A DNA stretch of 64,000 nt from Vulcanimicrobiales bacterium (GTDB taxonomy: Bacteria > Vulcanimicrobiota > Vulcanimicrobiia > Vulcanimicrobiales > Vulcanimicrobiaceae): positions 73,888 through 137,887 of the forward strand of contig JBBQQR010000004.1 of NCBI GenBank assembly GCA_038215615.1, read 5' to 3'. Positions 18,621 to 28,815 of this stretch are shown in pieces. The stretch's first letter is position 1, and every line of letters starts with the position of its first letter. The notes under the pieces were generated by a model. That model saw nothing but the letters and a program-made list of their open reading frames with translations. It ran no database searches and was not told where the DNA came from. A program made the translations under genes and the position numbers.

Positions 18621-19036
18621 TCCTTGCAGAGCTCCGGAGCTTTATAGACCTTGGGCTCCCAGCCCGGCGTCTTAGGCTTCGTATCCAAAAACTGAATATC
18701 TAACAAGACCGCACCCTTTGGTCCGGAGGTGACGTCGTGATAGGTTTCCGCGGGAATCACGATCGCGCGGTTGCCCGAGAGCACCGTTTTGCGTCCGTTG
18801 GTGTTATCGGTGGCCGACCCCGAGAGCAGGTACATAATCTCGCCGAATTCGTGGCGATGTCTCACGGCGGCGAACGTAGGCGCATACTTTTGCTTCAGCA
18901 CGCGGAACGTTACACCGGGAGCGCTGGGGAGGCTCTGGCGGTGCGCCAGGGTGACGCACGAAAAGCCGGCGTACGGGTTTGCCGCCGGCGTTGCTGCGAC
19001 GAGCACCGCGAAAAGCGTCAGGAAAGCGAAAGGCAC
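18617..19036 (-). CDS. Exported cupin-domain protein
   Basis: GGAGG SD and GTG; signal peptide; HRHEFGEIMYLLSG..IPAETYH. Confidence 0.8.
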   Translation of the reverse strand: MPFAFLTLFAVLVAATPAANPYAGFSCVTLAHRQSLPSAPGVTFRVLKQKYAPTFAAVRHRHEFGEIMYLLSGSATDNTNGRKTVLSGNRAIVIPAETYHDVTSGPKGAVLLDIQFLDTKPKTPGWEPKVYKAPELCKD

Positions 19037-19085
19037 GAAACACCTCCGAAAGAAAAGGGATGACGCCCGCAATAAGGAGTGAGCG

Positions 19086-20201
19086 ATGAGTTCAGTTCGA
19101 GTTTTGGTCGGCACGCGCAAGGGCGCCTTCATTCTGAGCGCGGACGGCAAGCGCGACAAATGGGACGTCAGCGGGCCGCATTTCGCGGGCTGGGAGATCT
19201 ATCACGTCAAAGGCTCGCCTGTCGATCCGCAACGTTTGTACGCATCGCAAACGAGCAGCTGGTTCGGTCAGGTCGTGCAACGATCCAGCGACGGCGGCGA
19301 AACGTGGGAACCCGTCGGCAACACATTCGAATATGCCGGGGTCCCCGGCACGCATCAATGGTACGACGGAACGGCGCGGCCCTGGGAATTCAAGCGCGTC
19401 TGGCACTTCGAACCCTCGCTGAACGATCCCGACACAGTCTACGCCGGCGTCGAGGATGCCGCACTCTTCCGCACCACCGACGGCGGCCAAAATTGGGAAG
19501 AGCTCGCCGGATTACGCGAACACAAGACGGGAAGCTCGTGGCAGCCGGGCGCGGGCGGCATGTGCCTGCACACGATTTTGCTCGATCCCAAAAACCCGCA
19601 GCGCATCTTTGTCGCGATTTCAGCCGCGGGCGCATTTCGCAGCGACGACGCAGGCCAGACGTGGAAGCCGATCAACCAGGGGCTGCACTCGCAGTACATC
19701 CCCGATCCCACGGCAGAGGTCGGCCACTGCGTGCACCGCATCGCTATGCATCCGTCGCGTCCCGAAGTTTTGTACATGCAGAAACACTGGGACGTATTGC
19801 GCAGCGACAACGCCGGCGACATGTGGACGGAAATCAGCGGAAATCTGCCGAGCGACTTCGGTTTTCCCGTCGACGTGCACGCGCACGAACCGGAGACGAT
19901 TTACGTCGTGCCGATCAAGAGCGACGGCGAACATTTTCCGCCCGAAGGAAAGTTGCGCGTCTACCGCAGCCGCAGCGGAGGAAACGAGTGGGAAGCCCTA
20001 ACCAACGGGCTGCCGCAGAAGGATTGCTACGTCAACGTATTGCGCGACGCGATGGCGGTCGATTCGCTCGATTCGTGCGGCATTTATTTCGGAACGACGG
20101 GCGGGCAGGTCTACGCTTCTTCCGACGCGGGCGACAATTGGAAACCGATTGTGCGCGATTTGCCGGCGGTACTCTCGGTCGAGGTGCAGACGCTGGCATG
20201 A
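19086..20201 (+). CDS. BNR/Asp-box beta-propeller (exo-alpha-sialidase-like) protein
   Basis: Repeated SxDGGxTW Asp boxes; VGTRKGAF start; TAAGGAG SD. Confidence 0.88.
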   Translation: MSSVRVLVGTRKGAFILSADGKRDKWDVSGPHFAGWEIYHVKGSPVDPQRLYASQTSSWFGQVVQRSSDGGETWEPVGNTFEYAGVPGTHQWYDGTARPWEFKRVWHFEPSLNDPDTVYAGVEDAALFRTTDGGQNWEELAGLREHKTGSSWQPGAGGMCLHTILLDPKNPQRIFVAISAAGAFRSDDAGQTWKPINQGLHSQYIPDPTAEVGHCVHRIAMHPSRPEVLYMQKHWDVLRSDNAGDMWTEISGNLPSDFGFPVDVHAHEPETIYVVPIKSDGEHFPPEGKLRVYRSRSGGNEWEALTNGLPQKDCYVNVLRDAMAVDSLDSCGIYFGTTGGQVYASSDAGDNWKPIVRDLPAVLSVEVQTLA

Positions 20202-20494
20202 TCCGCGTCGTGCTTCCGGCCCATCTGCGCACGCTCGCCCGCATTAGCGGCGAGCTTGAACTTTCCGTGAACGGAAAGATCACGCAGCGCTCAGTAGTGG
20301 ATGCGCTTGAGGAGCGTTATCCGACGCTGCGTGGCACGATCCGCGACCATACCACCAAAAAGCGCCGTCCCTACATACGGTTTTTCGCATGCGAGAAAGA
20401 TCTCTCGCACGACCCCATCGACGCGCCGCTGCCGGATTCGGTCGCGGCGGGTAACGAGCCGCTGCTCGTCGTCGGCGCGATCGCCGGCGGTTAG
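20198..20494 (+). CDS. MoaD/ThiS ubiquitin-like protein
   Basis: [14 protein letters not shown]...GAIAGG with terminal Gly-Gly; ATGA overlap. Confidence 0.9.
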   Translation: MIRVVLPAHLRTLARISGELELSVNGKITQRSVVDALEERYPTLRGTIRDHTTKKRRPYIRFFACEKDLSHDPIDAPLPDSVAAGNEPLLVVGAIAGG

Positions 20495-21261
20495 CGTTTC
20501 GCTAGGCTCGTTTCGACGGTTCGCGTCAGTTCCGCTCCGAATAACAAGAGCTGCGCGGAGTAATAGATCCACAGAAGCACGAGAATGAAATCTCCCACGC
20601 TTCCGTAGCTCGAGGCCGGGCGCGCGTGCGTGAAGTAGATCGATATGGCGGCTTCGCCAACCAGCAGCACGACGCCGGTAATCGCCGCTCCGAGAACGGA
20701 GCTCTTCCAGCCAACATCGGTCTGAGGCAGCACGCGGTAGGTCAGCGTCAGGAATAATCCGAGCGCAAGGATGTTTACGGCGATGCCCGCCTTGAGGCCG
20801 GCGGCATCGGCCACGACCAGCGATACCATCGCCAGGAGCGCGAGCGCCCCCACAACGACCAGCGCATGCAAACGCAGAACGACCGTCTTCCACCAACCGC
20901 CGCGGCGCTGTGCGGGGACCTCCCAAATCTCATCGAGCGCCTCCTGGACTTGCATGAAAATTCCAAACGCCGAGACGATGACGAGTACGCCGCCGACAAG
21001 TAACGCTACGGGACTCGTGCGATGCGAGGATGCGGAGACCAGCATATCAACGAGGTGCGCGCCCTGGGTTCCGACCATCAGTTGGAGCTGATTCTTCACG
21101 AGGTGCTGCGTGTGTTCAGCCCCCAGTACGGTGCCGGTCATCACGATGATGATGAACAGCAGCGGCGCGAGCGAGAACACCATGTAAAAAGAAAGCGCGG
21201 CGGCCATCCGGGAAACCCGGTGCCGCCGCCAGTTATCGACCGTCTTCCGAAGGATTTTCAA
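20491..21261 (-). CDS. YihY/BrkB family membrane protein
   Basis: [35 protein letters not shown]. Confidence 0.92.
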   Translation of the reverse strand: MKILRKTVDNWRRHRVSRMAAALSFYMVFSLAPLLFIIIVMTGTVLGAEHTQHLVKNQLQLMVGTQGAHLVDMLVSASSHRTSPVALLVGGVLVIVSAFGIFMQVQEALDEIWEVPAQRRGGWWKTVVLRLHALVVVGALALLAMVSLVVADAAGLKAGIAVNILALGLFLTLTYRVLPQTDVGWKSSVLGAAITGVVLLVGEAAISIYFTHARPASSYGSVGDFILVLLWIYYSAQLLLFGAELTRTVETSLAKR

Positions 21262-21564
21262 CCGGACATTACGCGCCGCGTCTAACGACTTGAACCGCGA
21301 CCAGCGCCGCTACCACCGCCGCAGCGGGTACGGCCCAGCGCAGCCAGCCCGGGCGCTTGCTTTCCTCATCGAAACGAAGGACGGAGCGCCGGAACGGTGT
21401 TTAGCGCAGTGCTGGTTGAGACACGTGTAATACGTCGTTTCCATAACGGCCGTATACCCGCTTCACCTTCATGCACCACGTGCTTCGGGCGGTGTACTCT
21501 CGGCGAGGATCTGCCAATCGCCAAGGACGGAACAATCTATGCGGACCGGCGTATTCGAAGTAGG

Positions 21565-22140
21565 ATGATCGGCTTGGTCGTCGCCGTTTTGGTTCTGGTG
21601 TGGGTCCAGCTATCGCGCACACCCTGGCGCGAGCTCGGCTTCGTGCGGCCCGAGAGCTGGCTCGTGACGGTTGCGGCCGGCGTGGCGCTGGGCGTTGGGC
21701 TCAAGCTTGTCATGAAAGCGGTCGTGATGCCTCTTCTGGGCGCCGATCCCATCAATCACGTCTACCATTATGTAGCGGGGAACCCAGCCGCGCTCGTAAG
21801 CATGGCGCTTACCGTTATTGTCATCGCGGGTTTCGGCGAAGAGTTCGTTTACCGCGGCTTCTTGTTCGAACGTCTCGACAAGGTGTTCGGGTCGAGTGCC
21901 GCTGCCAAAACGTGTATTGTACTGATCACGTCCGTAGTGTTTGCGCTCGCGCACCTTTACGATCAAGGAATTCCCGGCGCCGAACAAGCCGCCGTCACCG
22001 GGCTCGTTTTCGGAAGCATCCTCGCGATTACGGGAAAAATTTGGATACCGATGATTGCACACGCCGTTTTTGACTTAACGGCGCTGGCGCTCATCTACTG
22101 GAACGTCGAGCCCAGCGTCGCGCATTTCATTTTCAAGTAG
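21565..22140 (+). CDS. CPBP family (CAAX/Abi) intramembrane metalloprotease
   Basis: GEEFVYRG, FALAH, AHAVFD motifs; start uncertain. Confidence 0.88.
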   Translation: MIGLVVAVLVLVWVQLSRTPWRELGFVRPESWLVTVAAGVALGVGLKLVMKAVVMPLLGADPINHVYHYVAGNPAALVSMALTVIVIAGFGEEFVYRGFLFERLDKVFGSSAAAKTCIVLITSVVFALAHLYDQGIPGAEQAAVTGLVFGSILAITGKIWIPMIAHAVFDLTALALIYWNVEPSVAHFIFK

Positions 22141-22153
22141 CCGCCGTTCGAGT

Positions 22154-22525
22154 TTACTCCTGAAGACCGCTCTGCTCGTAAATGCCGAGCACGTTGCCGG
22201 CCGGATCGCGAAAATGCGCGAAGATGACGGGCGCTGTGCGATCGACAGGTTTCACGATCTCGCCGCCCGCGGCAACGATTTTTTTCATAGCGGTGTCGGC
22301 GTCAGCAACCATGATGTAGACGATCAATCCGGGATTATCCGAAGGAGGACGGCCCGGAACCCAAGATCCGCTTACTTCGCCTACCGTGTCATCAAAGGCC
22401 ATGCTGCCGTCGCCGCGTCTGCGGTTCTCCCAGCCAAACGCGTCGCGATAAAAATCCGCGGAACGCGCGACGTCGGTCGCCGGTAGTTCGATGTAGCAAA
22501 TTTTTCCTGTGGCGTATTTGGCCAT
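22154..22525 (-). CDS. VOC/glyoxalase family protein
   Basis: ICYIELPA..FY..FGW..FRDPAGN. Confidence 0.9.
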   Translation of the reverse strand: MAKYATGKICYIELPATDVARSADFYRDAFGWENRRRGDGSMAFDDTVGEVSGSWVPGRPPSDNPGLIVYIMVADADTAMKKIVAAGGEIVKPVDRTAPVIFAHFRDPAGNVLGIYEQSGLQE

Positions 22526-22537
22526 AATGCTTTTGCC

Positions 22538-23635
22538 TTATCCGAGAACCGCCACCCTCCTTCGGGCCTGACTGAAAACGCGGCCGAACAATTCTCGCAC
22601 TTGATCGTCGCTGATCTTCAGAGAGCCCTCGGCACAGCTCAGTTCAAACATTGCCCAGCCGGGAATTTGCGTGCGATTCCATCGAGCTGGCATCCATACG
22701 CCGTTTTCCTGCGAAACACGCAGTGCGTTAGCTCGCAATTGCTCGATCTCGCCTCGGACGTACACGTGCGTCATATTCGTAGGCGGGATGTTGGGCGTAA
22801 CGACAACGTCTTGAAAGTCCGACAAAATAGCGGCGATTTCGCGGGCGCGTTTGCAGTAGAGCGGAATTCGCGGCAAGTACCGACGGATACCGTCACGCGC
22901 CGAAACGATCATCGGATACTGCTGCACGAGACGGCCGCCGTGACGCCATTGCCATGCGCGCGCTTCGTCGATGATCGCTTTCGGACCGGCAAGCGCCGCG
23001 CCAGCCACCGCGTTCAAAATCTTGTAAAATGATACATAGACTGTATCGAAAGGCCGCGTCAGCTCGGGCAAGGGCAGGCTGTAGAATGGCTGCGACTCCC
23101 AAAGTCGCGCGCCGTCAAGATGCATCGCAATGTTGGCCTCCTGCGCCCAGCCGCAAATGCTCAGCACCTCGTCCCAGGGGCGTAACGCTCCGCCGATATT
23201 TCGCTCGGGCAACTCCAGCAAGACCGACGAAAGCGGATCGTGGACCGCTTGCAGGTCCGCGAGTGTGTAGAGCGCGTTGCGATCGCCCAGCAGAATCGGC
23301 TGCAAACCGTGCACTATTTGCATGGCGTTGTTTTCGGACACGACGAGATGACTCTGCGGATGCAGCGCCACGTTGCGGCAATTGCGCCGATCGGCGTGGA
23401 TGCGCAAAGCAATCTGTTGCGCCATCGTTCCGCTCGGCATGAAGACCGCCGCCTCTTTCCCCAGCAGCTGTGCGATCTCGCTCTCGAACGACTCTACGAG
23501 CGCGCCTTCTCCATAAACATCGGGGTATTCAGCGTCGCCGGCCGCTTCGGCGATCTCGGCCAGCCGCGCCCGAAGCGGTTGCGGCGGGTGTCCAAAAAAC
23601 TGCCCGCACGAGCGCATTACTTCGTTCCGGTCCAT
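22538..23635 (-). CDS. Low-specificity L-threonine aldolase family (PLP)
   Basis: DVYG, LGKEAAVFMPSGTMAQ, HLDGARLW, SFYK. Confidence 0.9.
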   Translation of the reverse strand: MDRNEVMRSCGQFFGHPPQPLRARLAEIAEAAGDAEYPDVYGEGALVESFESEIAQLLGKEAAVFMPSGTMAQQIALRIHADRRNCRNVALHPQSHLVVSENNAMQIVHGLQPILLGDRNALYTLADLQAVHDPLSSVLLELPERNIGGALRPWDEVLSICGWAQEANIAMHLDGARLWESQPFYSLPLPELTRPFDTVYVSFYKILNAVAGAALAGPKAIIDEARAWQWRHGGRLVQQYPMIVSARDGIRRYLPRIPLYCKRAREIAAILSDFQDVVVTPNIPPTNMTHVYVRGEIEQLRANALRVSQENGVWMPARWNRTQIPGWAMFELSCAEGSLKISDDQVRELFGRVFSQARRRVAVLG

Positions 23636-23703
23636 TCTTTATTGCGTTTGCACCCTCTCAAAGTTGCGCCTGCCCGAAAAAGATTAGTTCCACATACTAA
23701 TAC

Positions 23704-23732
23704 AAAAAGGACCCGCACCTGCGAGTCCTTTT
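23704..23732 (-). terminator. Intrinsic terminator after ssb
   Basis: Minus strand AAAAGGACTCGCA-GG-TGCGGGTCCTTTTT. Confidence 0.75.
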
Positions 23733-23763
23733 CTCGACGTTGCGCCGTTAAACGGCTAAAACG

Positions 23764-24195
23764 CTAAAACGGAATCTCTTCGTCCAGCGAATCTTCGACG
23801 CGCGCTGCGCCTGCTGCAACGGGCGTGCCGTTACCGAACCCTTCGCCCGATTCTTGCTGCGGTCGATCTTGGCGCGAGCCGAGCATTTGCATCGTGTTGA
23901 TAACGACCTCGGTCGCTTGGCGCTTGTTGCCTTCTTTGTCGTCGTATTGGCGAATCGAGAGCCGGCCTTCGACCAGGCACGACATGCCCTTCTTTAGATA
24001 CGTGTTGCACGTTTCGGCGAGCTTCTCCCAAGCCACGATGTCCACGAAGAGCGTGTCTTCGGGCTTCGGATCCTTTTTCGCCGGGTTAACGGCGATACGA
24101 AACTTGGTGACGCCCGCGCCCGAGGGGATGTACCGGATCTCGGGATCGCGCACCAGCGTACCGACCAAAATCACTCTGTTAAACGATGCCGCCAT
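23764..24195 (-). CDS. ssb: Single-stranded DNA-binding protein
   Basis: NRVILVG..RDPEIRY..VEGRL; acidic DEEIPF tail. Confidence 0.97.
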   Translation of the reverse strand: MAASFNRVILVGTLVRDPEIRYIPSGAGVTKFRIAVNPAKKDPKPEDTLFVDIVAWEKLAETCNTYLKKGMSCLVEGRLSIRQYDDKEGNKRQATEVVINTMQMLGSRQDRPQQESGEGFGNGTPVAAGAARVEDSLDEEIPF

Positions 24196-24269
24196 GATGC
24201 CTTACCTTTTCTTCAGATGCTCGTTCCTGGTGCCATGATAAGCCCTCAGACTGCCACCAGTCTGGCACT

Positions 24270-24632
24270 CTACTCGGCGGGAGTTGGTGCCTGCGCTGGG
24301 ACCGGAGGCGCCGCCGCGGCGACTTTTTCAGCCTCGAGCGCTTGCTTATCGAGCCGAATCAGGAGTGCCCGCAGAACGTCTTCGTTCAACCCCAATTGGC
24401 GTTCGAGTTCTTTGGCCGCGGGCGCATCGCTGCGGAACCGCATAATCACGTAGATCCCTTCGCGGACGTCGTGCATCTCGTAGGCGAGGCGCTTCTTGCC
24501 GAGCTTATCGACGTTGAGCACTTCGCCGCCGTTCGACGTAAGAGACTGGGCGATCGCGGCCGCGCGCTGCTCGGCTTCGGCTTCTTCGAGGTTGGGGCGC
24601 AGCAGATAGGTCACTTCATATTCGTTTGCCAT
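24270..24632 (-). CDS. rpsF: 30S ribosomal protein S6
   Basis: YEVTYLLRP..GKKRLAYE..EGIY..EDVLR. Confidence 0.97.
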   Translation of the reverse strand: MANEYEVTYLLRPNLEEAEAEQRAAAIAQSLTSNGGEVLNVDKLGKKRLAYEMHDVREGIYVIMRFRSDAPAAKELERQLGLNEDVLRALLIRLDKQALEAEKVAAAAPPVPAQAPTPAE

Positions 24633-24806
24633 GGCGGGACCCGGTGTTCCCCGAGGCGGGCCGGAGGGCCTCTCAGGGGCTTCTCACCCGCTTTGGCACA
24701 TTCTAAGGCACGATGGGAACGACGCATTAGCAACGCGCGCGTGCGCGCCGGCGAAACGACCGCCCCTCGGGTGCTCCGGCCGACTAGCGCAAGCGCCAAG
24801 GCCGCG

Positions 24807-25529
24807 TCACCGGACAAAAAAGTACGCCGACATCGCTACGCCGATGCACAGTACGACGACGCGCGTGACCGAGGAAGGCACCCGCCGGAAGAAACGCGCG
24901 CCGAAGTAGCCGCCCAGCATCGTAAAGATCGCCATCACGAGTGCGACCTGCCAGACGATGATGCCCGCGATAACAAATGGCACGATCGCAGTGCCGTTGA
25001 TGACGATCGATAGGAGATTCTTTAAACCGTTGGCTGCATTCATGTTGGGCAGGCCCGAAAACGAAAGCACCGCGAGCATCAGAATACCCATGCCGGCCCC
25101 GAAGTAGCCGCCGTAGATCGCGATCAAAAACTGCAGGACCAGCTGCAGCGGCGTATGCGGGCGGGCGGAGTGATTCCGCCTTTTTATAAGCGGGCTGAGC
25201 GCAAAAACCACCGTCGCAAAAAGCAGCAGCCAGGGGATCATGCGCACGAACAGCCTCGGCGGCGTATGTAACAAGAGAACCGCGCCTATCACGGCGCCGA
25301 GCAAACTCACAATACCCGCCACAACCAACAGATGGCGATGCGCGCGTACTTCTTCGCGATAGCCGCGTGCGGAGGCCACGACGCCCAGCCACATCGCCGT
25401 ATTATTCGTAGCATTGGCCGGAATCGCGGGCACGCCCGCGAGCAGCAGCGCGGGGAAGGTCAAGAAACTGCCCCCGCCGGCGACACTATTGATCGCCCCG
25501 CCGATCAAGGCGGCGGCGCCGACCAACAA
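24807..25529 (-). CDS. TauE/SafE family (sulfite exporter-like) membrane protein
   Basis: INSVAGGGSFLTFPALL, ANATN, YGGYFGAGMG. Confidence 0.92.
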   Translation of the reverse strand: MLVGAAALIGGAINSVAGGGSFLTFPALLLAGVPAIPANATNNTAMWLGVVASARGYREEVRAHRHLLVVAGIVSLLGAVIGAVLLLHTPPRLFVRMIPWLLLFATVVFALSPLIKRRNHSARPHTPLQLVLQFLIAIYGGYFGAGMGILMLAVLSFSGLPNMNAANGLKNLLSIVINGTAIVPFVIAGIIVWQVALVMAIFTMLGGYFGARFFRRVPSSVTRVVVLCIGVAMSAYFFVR

Positions 25530-25537
25530 CCAGTGGT

Positions 25538-27706
25538 TTACGACGATGCCTTTGTTTCTCGCTTCGTGACGCGATAGACGCGGCGGACGTCCTTGAGCGT
25601 TTCGAGCTTGCGCAGGATTTTGTGCAAATGATCCAAGTCGTGGATCTGAACCGTGAGGCTCACGACGGCGTGGCGGTCGCGCTTCACGCGCGCGGTGACC
25701 GAACTGACGGCGGTTTTTAACTCGGCGAAAACCGCCATAACGTCTTGCAGCAACGCCGGGCGGTCGAGCGCTTCGACCTCAATGTCCACCGCATGTGTAA
25801 TCTCCGTCTTGCCGATCCAACTCGTCTCGAGCATGCGCTCGGGCGTGGCTGTCATGTAGGCGACGTTCGGACAATCCGCGCGGTGCACTGAGACGCCCTT
25901 TCCGATCGTGACATAGCCGACGATGTGATCGCCCGGTACCGGGCTGCAGCATTTGGAGAGCCGCACGAGCACGTCGTCGACGCCCGCGATTCGAATGCCG
26001 CTGCTCTTGCGGACTGTGCGGCTCGACACCGACGGCGGACGCGCGATCGTATCAAACTCAACGACTTTGGAAGACTTGAGATCATCTTTGATGCGGTTGA
26101 TGACCGAGAGTGCGGACGCATCGCCGAAACCGATCGCCGCAAAGAGATCGCTGGGGGCGGTGTAATTCATGCGCCGCGCGATGCGTTCGATCAGTTCGCC
26201 GCGCAGCACTTCGAAGCCGATGTGGCGCCGCGCGAGCTCGCGTTCGACGGCCTCTTGACCCGCGAGCACGTTCTCTTCACGCCGTTCTTTGCGGAACCAC
26301 TGCTTGATCTTGTGCTTCGCGCTGCTGGTCTTGACGGTGGAAAGCCAGTCGAGCGACGGGCGTCCGCTCGATTTGTTCACGAGAATTTCGCAGATGTCGC
26401 CATTTTCCAGGGTCGAGTCCAGCGTAACGATGCGGCCGTTGACGCGCGCGCCGACGCAGTGGTTGCCGACGTCCGTGTGCACGGCATAGGCAAAGTCGAG
26501 CGGCGTACCCCCGGCCGGCATGCTGAAGACGTCCCCGCGCGGCGAAAAGATGAAGACCTGCGAATCAAACAGGTCGAGTTTGAGATTTTCCATGAATACG
26601 CGCGAATCGCGCATATCCTTCTGCCACTCGAGCAGCGCGCGCAGCCACGACAGTTTGTTCTCAAACTGATCGGTCTTGCCGCCCTCCTTGTAGCGCCAGT
26701 GCGCGGCGATGCCGTACTCGCTGGTGCGGTGCATCTCCATGGTACGAATTTGAATCTCGAGCGCCTCACCTTCGGGACCGACGACGGTGGTGTGCAGCGA
26801 CTGATACATATTAGGTTTGGGCATCGCGATGTAGTCTTTGAAGCGGCCCGGCAGCGGCGTCCAGAGCGCGTGGACGGCACCCAGCGCGGCGTAACAGTCT
26901 TTGACCGAGTCGACGATGATGCGGATTGCCGTCAAATCGTAAATCGTCGAGAAATCGCGCCCGTTCTTCATTTTGGTGTAGATTGAGTAGAAATGTTTGG
27001 GGCGGCCTTCGATCTTCGCGTTGACGCCCAGCACCTCAAACTCGGCATTGAGTTTCGTGATGACCGACGAAACGACGCCTTCGCGTTCCTTGCGCGTTTT
27101 GGCGACGCGTTCCACGATCTCGCGGTAGCGCTCGGGATCCAGCACGCGAAGACACAGGTCTTCCATGTCCCACTTGATCTTCCAGATTCCCAAGCGGTGA
27201 GCGATGGGCGTGTAGATGTCGAGCGTTTCGCGCGCTATCGACAGCTGCTTGGCCGGCGGCAAGCTTGAGAGCGTGCGCATGTTGTGCAAGCGATCGGCGA
27301 GTTTAATAATGATGACGCGGATGTCCTTAGCCATCGCCATAAACATCTTGCGCAGATTCTCGACCTGCGCTTCTTCCTTCGATTGATACGGAATGCGCGT
27401 GAGTTTGGTGACGCCCTCAACCAGGCTTGCAATCTCCTTGCCGAACTCGGCTGAGACTTGCTCGGCGGTGATGCTCGTGTCTTCGACGACGTCGTGCAGC
27501 AGCGCGGCAGCGATCGTCTGCCGGTCCATCTCGAGCTCGGCTAGAATGCCGGCGACGGCCAGCGGGTGTTCGACGTAGGACTCACCCGAGGCGCGGCGCT
27601 GCCCTTCGTGTGCTTCGACCGCCGTGGAGTAGACGCGCTGCAGCCATGCGACATCGAGCGACGAGTCGTAGGTTTTGACGGCTGCGGCCAGCTCCTCAAA
27701 GGTCAT
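25538..27706 (-). CDS. relA: Bifunctional (p)ppGpp synthetase/hydrolase Rel
   Basis: HEGQRRASGE, LHDVVED, KLADRLHNMRT, RFKDYI, YQSLHT; TGS and ACT domains. Confidence 0.97.
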   Translation of the reverse strand: MTFEELAAAVKTYDSSLDVAWLQRVYSTAVEAHEGQRRASGESYVEHPLAVAGILAELEMDRQTIAAALLHDVVEDTSITAEQVSAEFGKEIASLVEGVTKLTRIPYQSKEEAQVENLRKMFMAMAKDIRVIIIKLADRLHNMRTLSSLPPAKQLSIARETLDIYTPIAHRLGIWKIKWDMEDLCLRVLDPERYREIVERVAKTRKEREGVVSSVITKLNAEFEVLGVNAKIEGRPKHFYSIYTKMKNGRDFSTIYDLTAIRIIVDSVKDCYAALGAVHALWTPLPGRFKDYIAMPKPNMYQSLHTTVVGPEGEALEIQIRTMEMHRTSEYGIAAHWRYKEGGKTDQFENKLSWLRALLEWQKDMRDSRVFMENLKLDLFDSQVFIFSPRGDVFSMPAGGTPLDFAYAVHTDVGNHCVGARVNGRIVTLDSTLENGDICEILVNKSSGRPSLDWLSTVKTSSAKHKIKQWFRKERREENVLAGQEAVERELARRHIGFEVLRGELIERIARRMNYTAPSDLFAAIGFGDASALSVINRIKDDLKSSKVVEFDTIARPPSVSSRTVRKSSGIRIAGVDDVLVRLSKCCSPVPGDHIVGYVTIGKGVSVHRADCPNVAYMTATPERMLETSWIGKTEITHAVDIEVEALDRPALLQDVMAVFAELKTAVSSVTARVKRDRHAVVSLTVQIHDLDHLHKILRKLETLKDVRRVYRVTKRETKASS

Positions 27707-27754
27707 GATACTTCCGTGTATCATGCCACAGGGCCGGGGCCGAAGGCAAAGCCG

Positions 27755-28225
27755 CTAGGTAAAAAAGACGAGCGCGATCTTGCCGTCGGGCTGGAGCGCG
27801 AACTTCATGTCGATGCTGCCGTGTTCGCAGGTCATCGTGTAGACGTAGACGTGGATGCCCTTGGCGATGCTGATGCCGTTGAATGTCGCGACTTGCAAAG
27901 CACCGAGCGCCGCCAGCGCTTTTTCGGACGCGTCCAGCACGTCGGCGCTCAACTGAGCGTTGACGTCGTCGGAGTAACGGCTGCGGTCGACCGCGCCGCC
28001 CTGCCAGGCGACAAACTGCTGCAGCGCGAGTTTGCGAATCTTCGGATCTTCGGGCGCCGGCTTGGGCGAAGGCAGCGGCGGCGGCGAGTTTTCAGCCGGC
28101 AGCGCCGTGGCTTGCGCGGAAGACGCAGGGGATGGCGAAGCCTGCACGGTTTGCGCGTGCGTCGTCGTCACAGGAAAGAGCGCCACGCCCGCGGCGAAGG
28201 CGAAAAATATGAGGCTGCGTTTCAT
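27755..28225 (-). CDS. Hypothetical exported protein with Pro-rich linker
   Basis: Signal peptide MKRSLIFFAFAAG..HA; 2 nt after apt. Confidence 0.75.
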   Translation of the reverse strand: MKRSLIFFAFAAGVALFPVTTTHAQTVQASPSPASSAQATALPAENSPPPLPSPKPAPEDPKIRKLALQQFVAWQGGAVDRSRYSDDVNAQLSADVLDASEKALAALGALQVATFNGISIAKGIHVYVYTMTCEHGSIDMKFALQPDGKIALVFFT

Positions 28226-28227
28226 TT

Positions 28228-28740
28228 TTAGTACGTGATGAACGAGGTAACGTCGGCGCCCTTCAAAGCGTCTCGCCCTTTAAGGGCATCGAGCTCGATC
28301 AGGAAGGCGAATCCGGCGACGTTGGCGCCCAGGCGTTCGAGCAGGCGGCGCGTTGCCGCCGACGTCCCGCCCGTCGCGAGCAAATCGTCGACGACGAGCA
28401 CGCGGTCGCCGTCGCCCAGGGCGTCGGCGTGAATCTCGAGGGAATTGGTGCCGTACTCGAGCGCGTAGGACTCGCTGAGCTTGCTGTAGGGCAGTTTGCC
28501 GGGCTTGCGCACCGGGACGAAACCGGCGCCGATCGCATAGGCGAGGGGGGCGCCGAGCATGTATCCCCGGGCCTCGATGCCGACCACATGGTGAATTCCC
28601 GCCTGCTTGTATTTGTCTACAAAGAGATCGATCGCAGCCTTGAAGGCTTGCTTGTCCTTGAGCAGTGGGGTAATGTCACGGAACAGGATTCCCGGCAATG
28701 GGAAATCGGGAATCGCGCGGATGTAGCTCTGAATTTCCAC
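28228..28740 (-). CDS. apt: Adenine phosphoribosyltransferase
   Basis: PDFP.PGILFRDITPLL, GIEARG, RKPGKLP, LEYG, VDDLLATGGT. Confidence 0.98.
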   Translation of the reverse strand: MEIQSYIRAIPDFPLPGILFRDITPLLKDKQAFKAAIDLFVDKYKQAGIHHVVGIEARGYMLGAPLAYAIGAGFVPVRKPGKLPYSKLSESYALEYGTNSLEIHADALGDGDRVLVVDDLLATGGTSAATRRLLERLGANVAGFAFLIELDALKGRDALKGADVTSFITY

Positions 28741-28815
28741 GGAGCACGAGCTTCCGCGAGCCGGTACAAGCGGCCTTTCCGTTGTTCCTGGGGATGATCT
28801 AAAGCTGGACTATCC

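Noticed and set aside
19079..20197. 471-aa ORF suggesting a long N-terminal extension on MoaD
   Set aside because: Alternative frame over the propeller gene; MoaD starts at the ATGA overlap at 20198
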